Positions 26,477-38,665 of a stretch of DNA of 64,000 nt are shown here, piece by piece. A model generated the notes under the pieces. It was not told the DNA's origin. It saw only the letters and a program-made list of their open reading frames with translations, and ran no database searches. Where the stretch lies: the NCBI GenBank assembly GCA_051294905.1, contig CM119383.1:9920001-9984000 (forward strand). Reading direction: 5' to 3'. This stretch comes from Botryllus schlosseri. Its lineage: Eukaryota. How positions within the stretch are numbered: the first letter of the stretch is position 1; each line of letters opens with the position of its first letter. The translations under genes and the position numbers were made by a program.

Positions 26477-27071
26477 GCTATGCATTGATTTTAAATTCTG
26501 CTCTATTCTGTTTGCTAGCCTATGCAGCAACAATAACGTCTGAACTCGCTGCGGCTGCACATGCTAACCAAGTTTTCTTTTGCAACCTGGTATACTGGAT
26601 ATAGACAGAAAAATTTATTGGAGCGCGTGGCAAAACATTACAAATGGCGATAAGTGACAATCGGTTTCTTAGGGTAGAGTTTTACATCAGAGCGTACAGA
26701 TGCAATACACATAACATCATTCGTGTACTGGATATGATGCAAAAAGAATAAACCCGAGATAAACGAAAGGTACTGATATTTAGATTTCATCAAGTACTCC
26801 AGAACGTCCTTCACAGGTTCATGACGAAACGGAACCTGTGATTGGGGCATTGGTGGGATTGTTTTGTTCAATAGTGCTCGCAGCAGTCTCATAACGCTGA
26901 ATTCTCCCGAACTTTAATATCCCGAAGCAAATATGAGTCGATTGGATATGAAATCCAGTTGTATCCTGCCGACAACGACGTATAGACAGCAGATTCCTGC
27001 ACGGCAAATGTTTGAGCTCCAACAGCAACTTTTTCCAGTACCAGCACACGACCGCGACGACCTTAGCGAAG

Positions 27072-27383
27072 GGCCCTGTGGATATAAAGCTGTATCAGCT
27101 GTATCAGCTGTATCAGCTGTATCAGCTGTATCAGCTGTATCAGCTGTATCAGCTGTATCAGCTGTATCAGCTGTATCACCCTGTGGATATAAAGCTGTAT
27201 CAGCTGTATCAGCTGTATCAGCTGTGTCAGCTGTATCAGCTGTATCAGCTGTATCACCCTGTGGATATAAAGCTGTATCAGCTGTATCAGCTGTATCACC
27301 CTGTGGATATAAAGCTGTATCAGCTGTATCACCCTGTGGATATAAAGCTGTATCAGCTGTATCACCCTGTATCAGCTGTATCA
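27072..27383 (+). repeat. Left foldback arm: 15-bp unit CCCTGTGGATATAAA followed by (GCTGTATCA)n, n = 10, 7, 3, 2, 2, plus a hybrid unit
   Basis: Parsed directly from the sequence; one variant unit GCTGTGTCA. Confidence 0.95.
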
Positions 27384-27743
27384 CGTCTATACTATGTCTG
27401 GGATGCGCGAAATAGTCTAGTAGTCTATCACACATTTAGTGAATCAGCTCTTCTTGCGTAAACGCGCGAAGCAAAAGAAATTTATATATTTCATGATTGA
27501 GTCGGTCAATATATGATCGCGAATTGCATATAGATTGCTATCAATTTTTTCCTCTCTCTACTCACGTAATCTGATTTACGCTACCGACCGGTAGAGCTGA
27601 GTGAGTGTGTTTGAAAAGGTATAAGGACCCCTCGTATAATAATTAATTAAACATCTCCGGGTTTATACCCGTTGGCAGGAACGAAAAAGCACTTCGTCAG
27701 GCTCCCCAAAAAAACTTGAGTCTTGGGCTCCTAGGGTCATAAA

Positions 27744-28035
27744 CAGAGGTGATCATGATCAGCAACGAAGTACTTCTACTTTTTCGAAGTACTCAAGTAG
27801 TTTTCCTCTACTTCTGGCACTTACTCAAGTAGATCTGATTTTCTCTACTTCTACTTCGTAATATTTTGTGATTTACTTACTTATTTTTCGCTATTTTCAG
27901 TTTGTCAAGTAGAAGTAGTTCAATCCTCCAAGCAGGAAGATAGCCTGAGCAATTTCGGGCTGTTTCACGGAGTATCAACATTTAATTTTCATAAAAGTTG
28001 AGTAAAGCCCAGAATTTTCGTCGCGCTTCGCGCGC
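27744..28035 (+). mobile_element. Left-end fragment of the CAGAGGTGG hAT family inside the foldback
   Basis: Highly similar to 46930-47220 (ACGAAGTACTTCTACTTTTTCGAAGTACTCAAGTAG..CATAAAAGTTGAGTAAAGCCCAGAATTTTCGTC). Confidence 0.85.
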
Positions 28036-28330
28036 AGTGTGTCAGGATTGTCCAGCCACGAGTCCATCGCACCAGAATAGCCTATGCATCGTGTAGTCAT
28101 TATTTAAAACCTGCGTTACCATTCATGAAAATAAGTTATAATCAAGCTTGTTGGCACGTAGGCCTATACCGTGATGTATGGAATGTGCACTGTGCAGTGA
28201 TGTATTCATATACTAATAATTGATAGACAAAGTTCCCAGACGAGGAGCTCTCTTCATGACATACCAATCGAATTACCGCCCCCTCCTTCTGGTGCACTAG
28301 TATCATAATATTGTCGTCATGGCGTAAGTC

Positions 28331-29499
28331 CAGGGCCGTAACGGCACTTCTTCACCCCCCCAACAAAGTTGGCCTTGGGCCTCTCATAGGGTGATATACC
28401 GAACTTCTGGGGGGCTTCGCCGGTAATTGAATATATATTGTTATCAATTTTTATCCTCTCTCTACCCACGTAATCAGATTTATCGGTAGAGCTGAGTGAG
28501 GTGTGTTTGAAATGGTAGGACCCTTCAATAATAATTAAACATCTTCGGGCGTATACCCGCGTTCGCAGGAACGAAGCAGCACTTGGCCAGGCCCCCAATA
28601 AAACTAGGGTCTTGGGCTCCCATAGAGTGATAAAAACGACCCCACCCCATCACGTTGTTCGCATTTGTCACGAAATAATTAGGGCAACAGTTTAGCGCGA
28701 AGCGCGAAAATTTTCGATAATTCATGATAAAATCGGTCAATAATATCGGGAATTGCATATATATTGCTATCAATTTCTTGTCCTCTATGTTCAGTTGTTC
28801 ACGTTATCAGATTTACCAGTAGAGCTGAATGAGGTGGCTTGGAAACTGTAGGGCCCGTAAATGATAATTGAACATATTCGGGCGGGCGGACCCGTTCGTA
28901 TGACTTCGTTTCATGATGTCCTTTCGTGACCTCGTGTCTGCTATATCAAAATATATAGAATCGCCCAAACGTAGGCTACTAAAGTAAAAGACGCACACGA
29001 TTTCAAATTGGTATATCTTCACTGGCATATAATTTTTCCCTGTGGAATGGTATTTGTCTTCTGAGGTACAGATTGCCAAGGCAGGAACATTCAGCGCCAG
29101 TCATTTAGGCGCCTATGGACAATTCAACCTATAGCTATGTATTTCGCATATACACCGAAGTTTTCGGTCAGCGTAAGAGGGCAGTCCTTTTTGGCCCAGG
29201 TTTTCTCGCTGCCGATCGTTCTGGTACACTTCTTGGAGTCGCGTCCTAAAACTTTAAATGTCTCGCCGATATGTCCATTTCGATAAAGTTTGCGTATTTT
29301 GTCTTGGGGTAGAGTACCAAATCATTAAGAAACTTGGCAACTTGAAATCGCGCCCAGCGCGAAAAATTTTTGAAAAAGTTGCATAAATTTTCAAAAAATA
29401 CTTTATAATTTATGCTAATTCGCGAAATAATTTTGGGCCGCCTTCGAGCTCGCCCCCCCCCCCAATTGGGGGGTTTGAGGTGAGGCAGTTACGGTCCTG
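28331..29499. mobile_element. hAT (Tip100-like end) non-autonomous element nested in the foldback
   Basis: TIRs CAGGGCCGTA / TACGGTCCTG; perfect 8-bp TSD CGTAAGTC; internal degenerate ~320-bp tandem units. Confidence 0.88.
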
Positions 29500-30001
29500 C
29501 GTAAGTCCTACATTATGTTAATTAGATAACACTAGACTAGACGCGTCTAGACTATATGAGCCTCCAGATACTACACCTCTACCTAATACACTCCTGCAGT
29601 CACAGACGTCCAGGCCCACGTAGGCCCACGAGTGCATACACGGCTCTTTGCCCTCTTGTTTCAAGAAATCGAAAGTGTCATCGGAGGACGCCCAAGTGTG
29701 CTCTTTTTCGTACCTCAAAATATGGTAACCCTAGGCTAGACACCAACGAATATTTATTCGCAACAGAGTTTCTCGCAAGCAGAGCTTTTAACACAAAGTA
29801 ACGAAATTTCATTTGATCCCGGCCAAGATGTCAGAATATCTGTGTCACGCTGGTAGGCTACACTAGAAACCATGAATTGTCATTACATTCATTGTGATGA
29901 ATGCTGCCAATGGAGAATGGACACACTCTGCCTTTCTCCACGTCGTCGGGGGTTCTCAACTTGCCTGATATAACGGGCCGCAGATCTATATTAATATGTA
30001 T

Positions 30002-30450
30002 CAGTGTTGGGTAAGTCACTACCTTCGAGTCACGAGTCATTTCGCATTTTGACTCGAGTCAAGTCAAGTCAATCGATTTTCGAAGGTGACTCGAGTCAAG
30101 TCAAGTCACTCGATTTTTGGAGGTGACTCGAGTCAAGTCGAGTCAAGTCAAGTCAAGTCAAGTCACGAGTCAAGTCACAATTCAAGTCAAGTTGCTTTTT
30201 CGAAGTACGAGGTATGATTACGTCATTGCATTTTGCTGCCTGTCTGCAATACAGATTGAGTGGTCATTGATTCTGAACCGATGAACGAACATTTTGCTAT
30301 CAAATTATACTTTACTATAATCTAGTTTACGACAAAGTAAACTGTAAGCTTCGATCATTTCGTTTGCGGTCAATTTATTTGTGAGAGAACAATGGAGGCT
30401 CAGTAAATCGCACGATCATTGAATCATTGGTCGCTCACACGGGTCATACC
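30002..30450 (-). mobile_element. Truncated, internally deleted copy of the 39025-40409 family inside the foldback
   Basis: CAGTGTTGGGTAAGTCACTACCTTCGAGTCACGAGTC matches the reverse complement of 40375-40409; 30320-30430 matches the reverse complement of ~39260-39365. Confidence 0.8.
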
Positions 30451-30854
30451 AGCGTTTCGCGAACAATCCAAACATATGCAAGATACAGTTGACCATTTGT
30501 ATCCACACCGATAACCGATATGCACATGCGCAGATCGTGTGTATGTGTATCGAGTCGGTGTATATGCCGCAAAAGCATCAAGGACAAAAATAAACTACGT
30601 CCTTTCCTTTTTTTATCTATCCATTATATGTTGTCTGTAAAAGCTGTAAAGGAGGACGGATTGCCTAATAGGGGGACAATTAGGCGTTCTCGGAGGATCC
30701 CTGGTCCAAAGGATCCGTGGAGCTGATATCTGCGCACCATAAGAGGCCGGGTTTGGTCAGAGAGACAGACGGAGTCTTTATTTCTTCATCCAACTGAAAT
30801 ACAAACAAACAGACGGCAATAATGGTGGTAGGGTATTCGGTACCAGATAGGGAA

Positions 30855-31085
30855 ATCCACAGGGTGATACAGCTGATACAGCTTTATATCCACAGGGTGA
30901 TACAGCTGATACAGCTGATACAGCTTTATATCCACAGGGTGATACAGCTGATACAGCTTTATATCCACAGGGTGATACAGCTGATACAGCTGATACAGCT
31001 TTATATCCACAGGGTGATACAGCTGATACAGCTGATACAGCTGATACAGCTGATACAGCTGATACAGCTTTATATCCACAGGGCC
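30855..31085 (-). repeat. Right foldback arm: same modules, n = 6, 3, 2, 3, 2 counted from the outer end
   Basis: Parsed directly from the sequence (TGATACAGC units separated by TTTATATCCACAGGG). Confidence 0.95.
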
Positions 31086-31219
31086 TTAGCGAAGCGATGC
31101 TATCAGACAAAATAACGTTTGGGTCGTTTGCCGCCAGGTGGCTATGGCTATTTACCATTGAGACGTTTTGAATAGAGTTACCACCATATATAAAATTAAT
31201 CCCTGAACGCTAGGTAAAT

Positions 31220-31794
31220 CAGGGTTTTAACCAAGTCACAAAGCTACGAGTCACAAGTCAATCTCACTTTTATAGTTTTGACTCGAGTCAAGTCGAGTCA
31301 TTTTCAATTCACCACTAAGGGCGGAGCTCAATTTCTCTGCTGAGTAGCGATTCTCTACTCAGCAACGATTTCGTAACTCAAGTCGTAACGTAAGTCGAGT
31401 CCGAGTCATCGAGCAGATGTTCGAGTCCGAGTCATGGTATTATGACTCGAGTCAGTGTTGCTGACTGCTCTGTTTCCAGTTAAAGTCTTGCTAAACCCAC
31501 TTTTATAACTCTGTTTGGTGATATCGAATGATTCGCATTTATAATATACTAAGTATCCTCACCTTTAACAGTTTCTGGTCGCATTTTCAAGTACCAGTAC
31601 CAATAGTCGAAATGCCAATAGGGTGGTTACTTGACTGTGCTTCGAAATTACAATGAAATGTCGGTCTTGGCCGTCTGAGTCTCGAGTCATATGACTTGGT
31701 TCAAGACATGGGCGATGACTCGAGTCCAAGTCGAGTCATAGCACAGATTGACTCGAGTCATCAGTAAATCGTGACTCGAGTCATTACAGCCCTG
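31220..31794. mobile_element. GACTCGAGTC-rich hAT MITE (575 bp)
   Basis: Ends CAGGGTTTTAA / TTACAGCCCTG; perfect 8-bp TSD AGGTAAAT. Confidence 0.9.
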
Positions 31795-32183
31795 AGGTAA
31801 ATGCTGGTGTTAGAACCTGAACTCGCCATGATGCTTCGTCATCTATATCATAGGGGTCTCTTCCTTACCCGCATAGCATGGATATCTGTCCTTGTCGGCC
31901 AACAGCTCGATCTCCATGGTAGAACAGTCAAAATCAATTGATTAATATAGTACGGTTAAATAAAGGAACAGCATGTAGTCAGGCGCCTGAAAATACAACG
32001 AAAACGCCTATCGTTGCTTCTTCGACAATCCTCCTCCCGTTTAGTAAGAATTTAATCAACAATGTTCCTCGTCGATGGGGTCAAGCGGTTATAGTTGAGT
32101 CGGTTATCGTTGAATCATATATTATCAGTCAGATAATATTATCGTATCTGGTTAGTAGTCTGCGGGGCCGTTTTGATTATCAG

Positions 32184-32622
32184 TAGAGCCCGAGCAATAT
32201 TGGATTTTTGGGCCGATACCGAAAAAAACGACATCTAACACCACCAATATGTTCAGTCGATATTCATCAGGTGGAATCAATGATATATCATTGGGTGGAA
32301 TCTACCTCAAAAGGCGCATTTTCAAAATTTCAGAGCAAATATTTCAACAGCTTTACGTAGCCATTGCCTTCCTCGATCATGAAATAAATTAGAAAGGCTG
32401 CACCTGGACACCTTAAAAGTGTAAGCTATATGAGATACAATGATATTCCCCGTCTAGCGGTCAAGGATTATAGTTTTCTGCCTTCCTAGTTCCTACCACC
32501 ATGCTGTGACGTCACGAAAATTGCCGAAATCTTTTTCCACCTCCAATGGCCGATACCGATATTATTTCAATGTATGATATCGAATCGATATTACCGGCGA
32601 ACCGATAGTCGGTCGGACTCTA
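32184..32622. mobile_element. hAT-like MITE with TAGAGCCCGA ends
   Basis: Ends TAGAGCCCGA / TCGGACTCTA; TSD attatcag / gttatcag (7/8); subterminal CCGATA repeats. Confidence 0.8.
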
Positions 32623-34356
32623 GTTATCAGTGTCAAGACAAATATTCGCATATGATCAATCTTGTTACTCGCTGTAATCCATTAGGTTATACTGAATGAG
32701 ATATGCACAAGAGAAGAAGTTCATTCAAGGCAGTGATCACCTTTCTACATCTGGAGCTCAGTGGATAAAACGTCGCCCTGTTTTGGGTCAAGGGTCATTA
32801 GTGAGATCAAATCGCCTTTTAGTTCAGTGCCAAGATTTCGTTCAATTATGTACGTTCTGTCGTTGCTCTTTGTTATATAGTTTAGAAAGAGCTACCACAC
32901 CGGTATTCGATTATTCGTGGAGCTGACAGGAACTTGCGGGACTTTGTCGATCCAACTACTGCCGAGTAAAGTTACGTCACTTTTTATTTCTTTATTGTTA
33001 AGCTTATTCAGATTCCAATTCGGCCGCCAATTCCCCGCGTTTTATGGACGTAGTTCACTTGAGAGGCTCTTCCTCAGAAGTCAACTATAACAATAAGTGA
33101 AATTTTGAATGGGGTACTATTTTGGTAGCTACAACTCGCCAAGAAGTACTCCACCTGACCTGACCACTCATTAGGCTATACAATGCTTAACTTTGCATTT
33201 ACTGCATATAGCACTGATAGCAGATATATATAGCAGTGCTTCCTAATTCCTTAGACATTCGGCCAATGCGCACTGGTGGATGGTGGGGTTAGCTTTAGAG
33301 CCTTGAGGATAACCATTGGGCCTTGAATGAAGGTGTGGCTATTGGTCGGGGTCTCGGCCACCTTATCTCACCCCCAGATTCAAGCGATGAACATTGACCA
33401 TATTGACGCAATACCATGGAAATCGGTGTGAAATACCGTAGTATAATCAATGGTCATATGGAGTATACTTGTATATCTATTGTGCGTGTATCGAACAAGT
33501 GCCAATTGTTGATTAGCTCTGCCCAATTTGTTGTAAACCCATAGGCTTTATATAGTTGAATCTTCCATGTTTCTTGTAAAGTGTTTTAAATTTACCTCCC
33601 AATATTCCCATCAGGTTGTATGACCGTATTCCGCCCAAGAAGCTCTATTCCACCAAAGTCCATCATGATATTAATTAAAGATTTTCTACCTCAATTCTTT
33701 CTAAACTCATTTCGTTGTCACTTTGCTGGCCTCCTTAATTATTTTAGACAAGTTTTCCGATGCATGCTCTACTCCGCTTTAGGCTTATTCAGATGTTCTG
33801 GCTTGTATGGTGGTAATCTGCTTGAAAAGCTATATTCCGCCAGGATTTCAAATTTTCAATTGGTCATATTCAGCCTATAATTTTTCTCCGGCTTGTATGG
33901 TTGAATAATCTTCTATCTGTGTTTTAGAATTTTTTGTGATCTGTTTTCTGGTGATTTGGATTTCTATCTTATGTTACTATTCTGCTATTCCATTGTGCTA
34001 CCGTGCTTTGAAGTTTTCCATGTTAAAGAGCCCTGTATATTCCGTTCTTCCAGTCCCTTTTCCGCAAAGTTTCACTTTGAAGTGTGATACTGATCACTGG
34101 ATGAAATTTACAAGTCATTTAGGCCTCGTGATAAAAGATTGTGGTGTGGTGTGCTCGCCTGTCACTTGTTTCGAAAGCCGTGATACCAGCGCTATAACAT
34201 AATAAAAGCGATTCGTTTTGGATGTCTTATATTGTCATCATGTGCGGGAGTAGAAGGCCTGTTGTCGGATAGCTTGAATTGCATTCATAGAGTAAAACAT
34301 GATCTATCATTCTATATTTTGCAGTCGACAGTCATATATTATAACACAGTTATATC

Positions 34357-34959
34357 ATGGCGCCTGTAAACGACGATGACCGCACCTTGTGGGTGGGGAA
34401 TTTGGATAGCCAAGTCACCGAGGAGATTCTCTGGGAATTATTTTTGCAAGCGGGCCCGTTAGAGTCGGTGAAAATACCGAAAGATCACAAAACCGGCAAA
34501 TTGAAAAACTTTGCCTTTGTGGTATTCCGGCATCAGGTGTCTGTCGGCTATGTGATAGACTTGATGGACCAAATAAGATTGTACGATTCACCGTTGAGGT
34601 TATCTCGGAAGAATAAGCCCGCCGGCGATAACGCCGCAAATGTAAACGAACATAATCCGATGCAGCACCAAAATGCAGGCATGGACCAATTCAGGACTGA
34701 CTCTCCTATACCGCCACCCCACCATCCTCTGATGCATATGATGCCAGCATTTAATGGGATGATGCCACATCACATGATGATGCCGCATTGTCCAGAGGAT
34801 CCGCGTCCGCCTCTACCGCCCCACTGGGAAGAAAATCAACACCCGCGCCATCCAGGATGGCAACAGCATCAAATGCGCAGAAGTTATTCAACCCCGCATC
34901 GTTTGCATGAGGAAAGTCACAGGCATGATCCGTACAGGCGTAGCCGCCACCGGAGATAG
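34357..34959 (+). CDS. RBM7: RNA-binding protein 7 (RBM7/RBM11 family; NEXT complex RRM), single coding exon, 200 aa
   Basis: N-terminal RRM DRTLWVGNLDSQVTEEILWELFLQAGPLESVKIPKD..KNFAFVVFRHQVSV matches RBM7/11; Pro/His/Arg-rich tail. Confidence 0.85.
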   Translation: MAPVNDDDRTLWVGNLDSQVTEEILWELFLQAGPLESVKIPKDHKTGKLKNFAFVVFRHQVSVGYVIDLMDQIRLYDSPLRLSRKNKPAGDNAANVNEHNPMQHQNAGMDQFRTDSPIPPPHHPLMHMMPAFNGMMPHHMMMPHCPEDPRPPLPPHWEENQHPRHPGWQQHQMRRSYSTPHRLHEESHRHDPYRRSRHRR

Positions 34960-35908
34960 ATAGATAGCTGTCGATGCTCATTATTGGGGATTCACTGCGA
35001 CATTCCGACTTTTAGCAAAGTTTTCTGCGTTATAACGTATAGCTATGTTGTTTTTAAGATTATGAGACAGCATGAAGTTTTTTGGCTAGTATTCACATTG
35101 TCTCATGGTTGAAAATTTGTGACTGCATAGTGATTTATCTGGTGACACGCATTCACGCTGAGCATTCAACTATGCACAACCGCACATGGTATTGTCATAC
35201 CTCTTTTCTTGTTCTTTGTGTTGCTTTTCTGCGTTCTGCCTATTATAGCTAATTGGTGCTATTACTCTGACAATTTATTGTTGTCAAGTATAGAGATTGA
35301 CGCAATCATGATCACACATTTTTGCAGCTAGTGTGTAGAATTCACCGTAAACCTGAGATGAAACACTCTCCAAGCATTTTGACTAGTTCTGGCTGTGTTT
35401 TAGCGCTATAGAGGTTGTTGCTGATTTTACACTGTTACCTCCCTGTAATTGAACTGACTTTTAGCCCATGAAGGGTATTGAATTATGATAATGAAAGCGA
35501 AGATAGGCTACGTGATGGGGTACAATCTCGTAGTCACCCATTCCCTGTCATTTTCACATCTTGTTTGCAGTTGATGATTTGTAGTGGCAGAAATATTGAA
35601 TTCTAATATAATATTCTCATCAGCCCGTCTAATTCTATAGACCAATATCAGAAAAACTATTGTAACGTGATTGTTATGACTCGGTTTATATGGTTTAAAA
35701 CATAATTCTTGGTACAAATATACTGATAAGTCCGTTTTCCAGCCATATCTGTGTATGCAGATATCTGCTATTAGAAGACGTGCGTTATATAATCACCTAT
35801 TAAGATGAATTATTTTCATTAATTCAATTATTAGCACAGAAAAATATATAATTTCTAGATGTCAGCTAATATTTACTCACAGCTGGTAGAAAAAATTGAA
35901 CGTGTAGG

Positions 35909-35932
35909 CCAATTGCGGAATGGTCTGATTGG
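35909..35932. promoter_or_regulatory. Candidate MFF promoter CCAAT boxes
   Basis: CCAAT at 35909-35913 and ATTGG at 35928-35932, about 280 bp upstream of the MFF ATG. Short motifs only. Confidence 0.3.
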
Positions 35933-36200
35933 TTTCAAGTTGACCGCCTTCCAGAGCCAACTCGTACAATCTCAATTCACTATCGTCTAAGGAATCGCAA
36001 GTGTTTGGAATTCAATTGAAATGTACTGCAATAATAATAGATGTTAATTCACAATTGAATTCTGAATTGTCCAAAATAGTGATGTAAAATATAAGCAATG
36101 CCCATGCCAAAACTACGGCCTTAAAGTCGTCTGAGGATATTGACTACTCCATATACATTTCAGAAAACATTATTTACACAATTAACTTAGTCTACGGATC

Positions 36201-37586
36201 ATGCAAACTTTGGAAGAGGGTGATAGTGGCAGTGGATCCCAAAATGTTGGTGGGGACATCATGAATTCTCCAACAAGGACGCTGGACATGCGTGAGCATT
36301 ACTCGTCTGAACTTTCGCCATATGCCCGGCAACAGATGCAATACAACAGCAAATACGTGGAAGATGTGAATTCGAGAATGCAGATGCCATCGAAATTAAC
36401 CGTGGCTTATCAAGACCACGATGCATTACAGACAGAAGCAACCCATGATACTTCTTACAGCATGGAAGTCCCTGAGAGAATTGTAGTGGCAGGTATTATA
36501 TTTTGGTCGTGATTGCTTTTTCAGCATTGTATCACCACTCTTGCAACCTTTGTGTAGTCGGTGATGGTGGTGTACACTATTCGGGCCCAACAGACGTATC
36601 TGCATCATCCTTTAATCAGGATTTGCAAATGGAGAGCCATATGGAGCCCGTCTCCTTGCTAACTCCTCCAAGAAAGTTGACGCTTGCCGAACGAAATTTG
36701 GATGCCCTTGATGTAAGTACACTCTTCGCCTTTATAACTGATCGATTTGTAATCAATCTTTTTATCAGAAGTTGAGTTGAGTAGCATTAAGCCAGAAGTT
36801 TACCGTGCATAAAGTGAAACAAATGTTCTATATGTATTTAGCTTCAACTTGCAAATCTTGGATAATAGAATCCAACTTCAGCACACACTTTGTCTTGTGA
36901 ACACTTGGCTATACTGAGAAGGTAATAACATGAACCTGTTGAACTGCCTAATTGTACTGCCCCATTCTGTAACGCAAACACATGCATTGGATTGTACGCA
37001 GAAATTTGTGTTCTTCAGTTTTTGTTTCTTGTTTCTGCTGCATCCGTACAATGCCATCTATTTTTAGGTACAAGATCACCAGGAAAAGAAAAGTTTAAGA
37101 AGGTACTAGGATCATGAACACAATACTCAACCCAGATTGCAGAATGCTAACAAGTATTTTAATTTCATGGAGAATTTCTGTCCCATTCTTTTTCCATTGC
37201 AAAATTTCTGGTAACAACTAATCGACTTGCATCACCCCACGAAAGGTGGCCTTCTATTCACCTTGTCCATCTCTGCTTATTACATTGAATCATTACCTGT
37301 GTGTATTATGTTTTAGTTCATCTAACAATCAGCAAGAGGATTCGTCGCATTCAGATGAGCAAGATGTAACGTTACTTCAAAGCCATGTCAGTTTGTGGAT
37401 AATGTTTGTATGTGAATTGCATGTTCATCATGTTTTACTTCATAGATTTTTAAGCTGCATCGAAGAATCACCGCCATCGAAAAAGAGCAACTGAAGCGTT
37501 CCAATCGGGAAAAGTATATGTACGTGGCTACCGCCATACTACTGTTTGTAAATAGTTGGCTTTTGTACACTTCGAGAAGGACCTGA
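36201..37586 (+). CDS. MFF: Mitochondrial fission factor, tail-anchored
   Basis: Exons 36201-36492, 36558-36712, 37068-37102, 37317-37386, 37446-37586 (TGA). MFF repeats RMQMPSKLTVA and SMEVPERIVVA, motif TPPRKLTLAER, coiled coil KLHRRITAIEKE, C-terminal TM YVATAILLFVNSWLLY. Confidence 0.9.
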
Positions 37587-37883
37587 TGTGCGAAAACCAA
37601 TTTACTATCAAGCAATCATCGAGTGTTCTTAGAATTCCGGTCGACTGTGAAGAGCGAAATGTTCTACAAAATAACTGTGTACTGCTGCCATGATATTGAA
37701 TGTGTGTCGGAGACCCGGTGTAACTGACCAATTGACCAGACCATCGACTGATTTCGGTGTGCCACACAATACTTTTTATTCAAGATTTTGTGATATCAAA
37801 AATCATATTTGCTTTGTCATGTTGGTTGCATTTCCAACGTAATATACAATATCATAGTGATGCCTACTATTGTTAGTCTACAC

Positions 37884-38665
37884 CAGGGGTGTCAAACTCG
37901 ACTTGCATCGCGGGCCCGATTCAAACCTTCAGATATCTCGCGGGCCGCACCAGTCAAATGATTCCAAAATTTTACCTCAAAATCCATGCCCTTTTCATTT
38001 GAATTCTTTAACATTGAGCCTTTATAACTAGCTACGCCAGTATTTGCAAACAATATAATTGGCAATAATACGATGACTTGCCAGTTGAATACAGTTATGA
38101 ACCGCTAAAACAGTGGCTATGGCAATGACTTAAGTTGTTATATTTCTATGTCCCATTTGTTTTAGTGGTATACTTGCGTCAACCCTGCGTATGCGTTGTG
38201 AAGAATACACGAGATTTAATTGTAAACGCAGGCGTTGTAATTTGCTTTATTATTATTAAATCGCGATCTAGGGACCAGGGACCTTTTGAGTTGTAAATGA
38301 TGCAGTAGTGCGATCACTGATACTTGAATAATATTTCCATGTAACTCTTATATTCTTCAGGTAACCAGCATATAGCGGTTTTGGGTCTATTTTCCATAAG
38401 ACTCTAAACTCTGCATGCACTTTTTTGCTTTCTCGGAATTGGATGCCAATGTTAGCGACTTGTTCCTAATGGTGACTAGAGGGAGACCACAAACATCACT
38501 TCCGGGCGGTTATAATGTCACCAATGAACGTAATCTGCAATTCTTACTAAAAATCCCAACATTGCTTAGTAGTGTGCTCGAATATACACTCATTTTTCAA
38601 TCTACTCATAATTTCTTACCGGGCCGGATGAAATCGTCGGGCAGGCCGTATGTTTGACACCCCTG
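37884..38665. mobile_element. hAT Charlie/Buster-type MITE just downstream of the MFF stop
   Basis: TIRs CAGGGGTGTCAAAC / GTTTGACACCCCTG; perfect 8-bp TSD GTCTACAC. Confidence 0.93.

Larger units (their letters stand above)
27072..31085. mobile_element. Foldback-like (FB/MULE-type) non-autonomous transposon with modular tandem-repeat TIRs
   Basis: Left arm 27072-27383 and right arm 30855-31085 are inverted, both starting GGCCCTGTGGATATAAAGCTGTATCAGCTG. Perfect 9-bp TSD TTAGCGAAG (27063-27071 / 31086-31094). No transposase ORF seen inside. Confidence 0.92.

Noticed and set aside
26914-27461. Long ORFs with DTA/AVS/YQL/IQL repeats (also 30778-31158)
   Set aside because: The 9-bp and 15-bp units are multiples of three and contain no stops in several frames, so these ORFs are by-products of the foldback arms, not proteins.
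29865-29965. CHYIHCDECCQWR, a PHD/CW-finger-like peptide inside the foldback
   Set aside because: Too short and without downstream ligands; cannot be claimed as a transposase remnant.
27072-31085. CRISPR-like array (repeat plus variable spacing)
   Set aside because: The 'spacers' are copies of one 9-mer rather than unique sequences, there are no cas genes, and the context is eukaryotic.
31201-31214. 14-bp match CCCTGAACGCTAGG with 40422-40435 beside GACTCGAGTC elements
   Set aside because: A 14-bp match is expected by chance in a window of this size, and it sits on different sides of the two elements.
33244-33850. Possible reverse-transcriptase relic on minus (GYPQGSKANPTIHQ)
   Set aside because: Only one weak PQG-like motif; no YxDD or continuous frame. 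It needs a profile search to support.
34960-36200. RBM7-MFF operon
   Set aside because: The 1.2-kb gap contains promoter-like CCAAT boxes and room for a normal 3' UTR; there is no positive evidence for polycistronic transcription.
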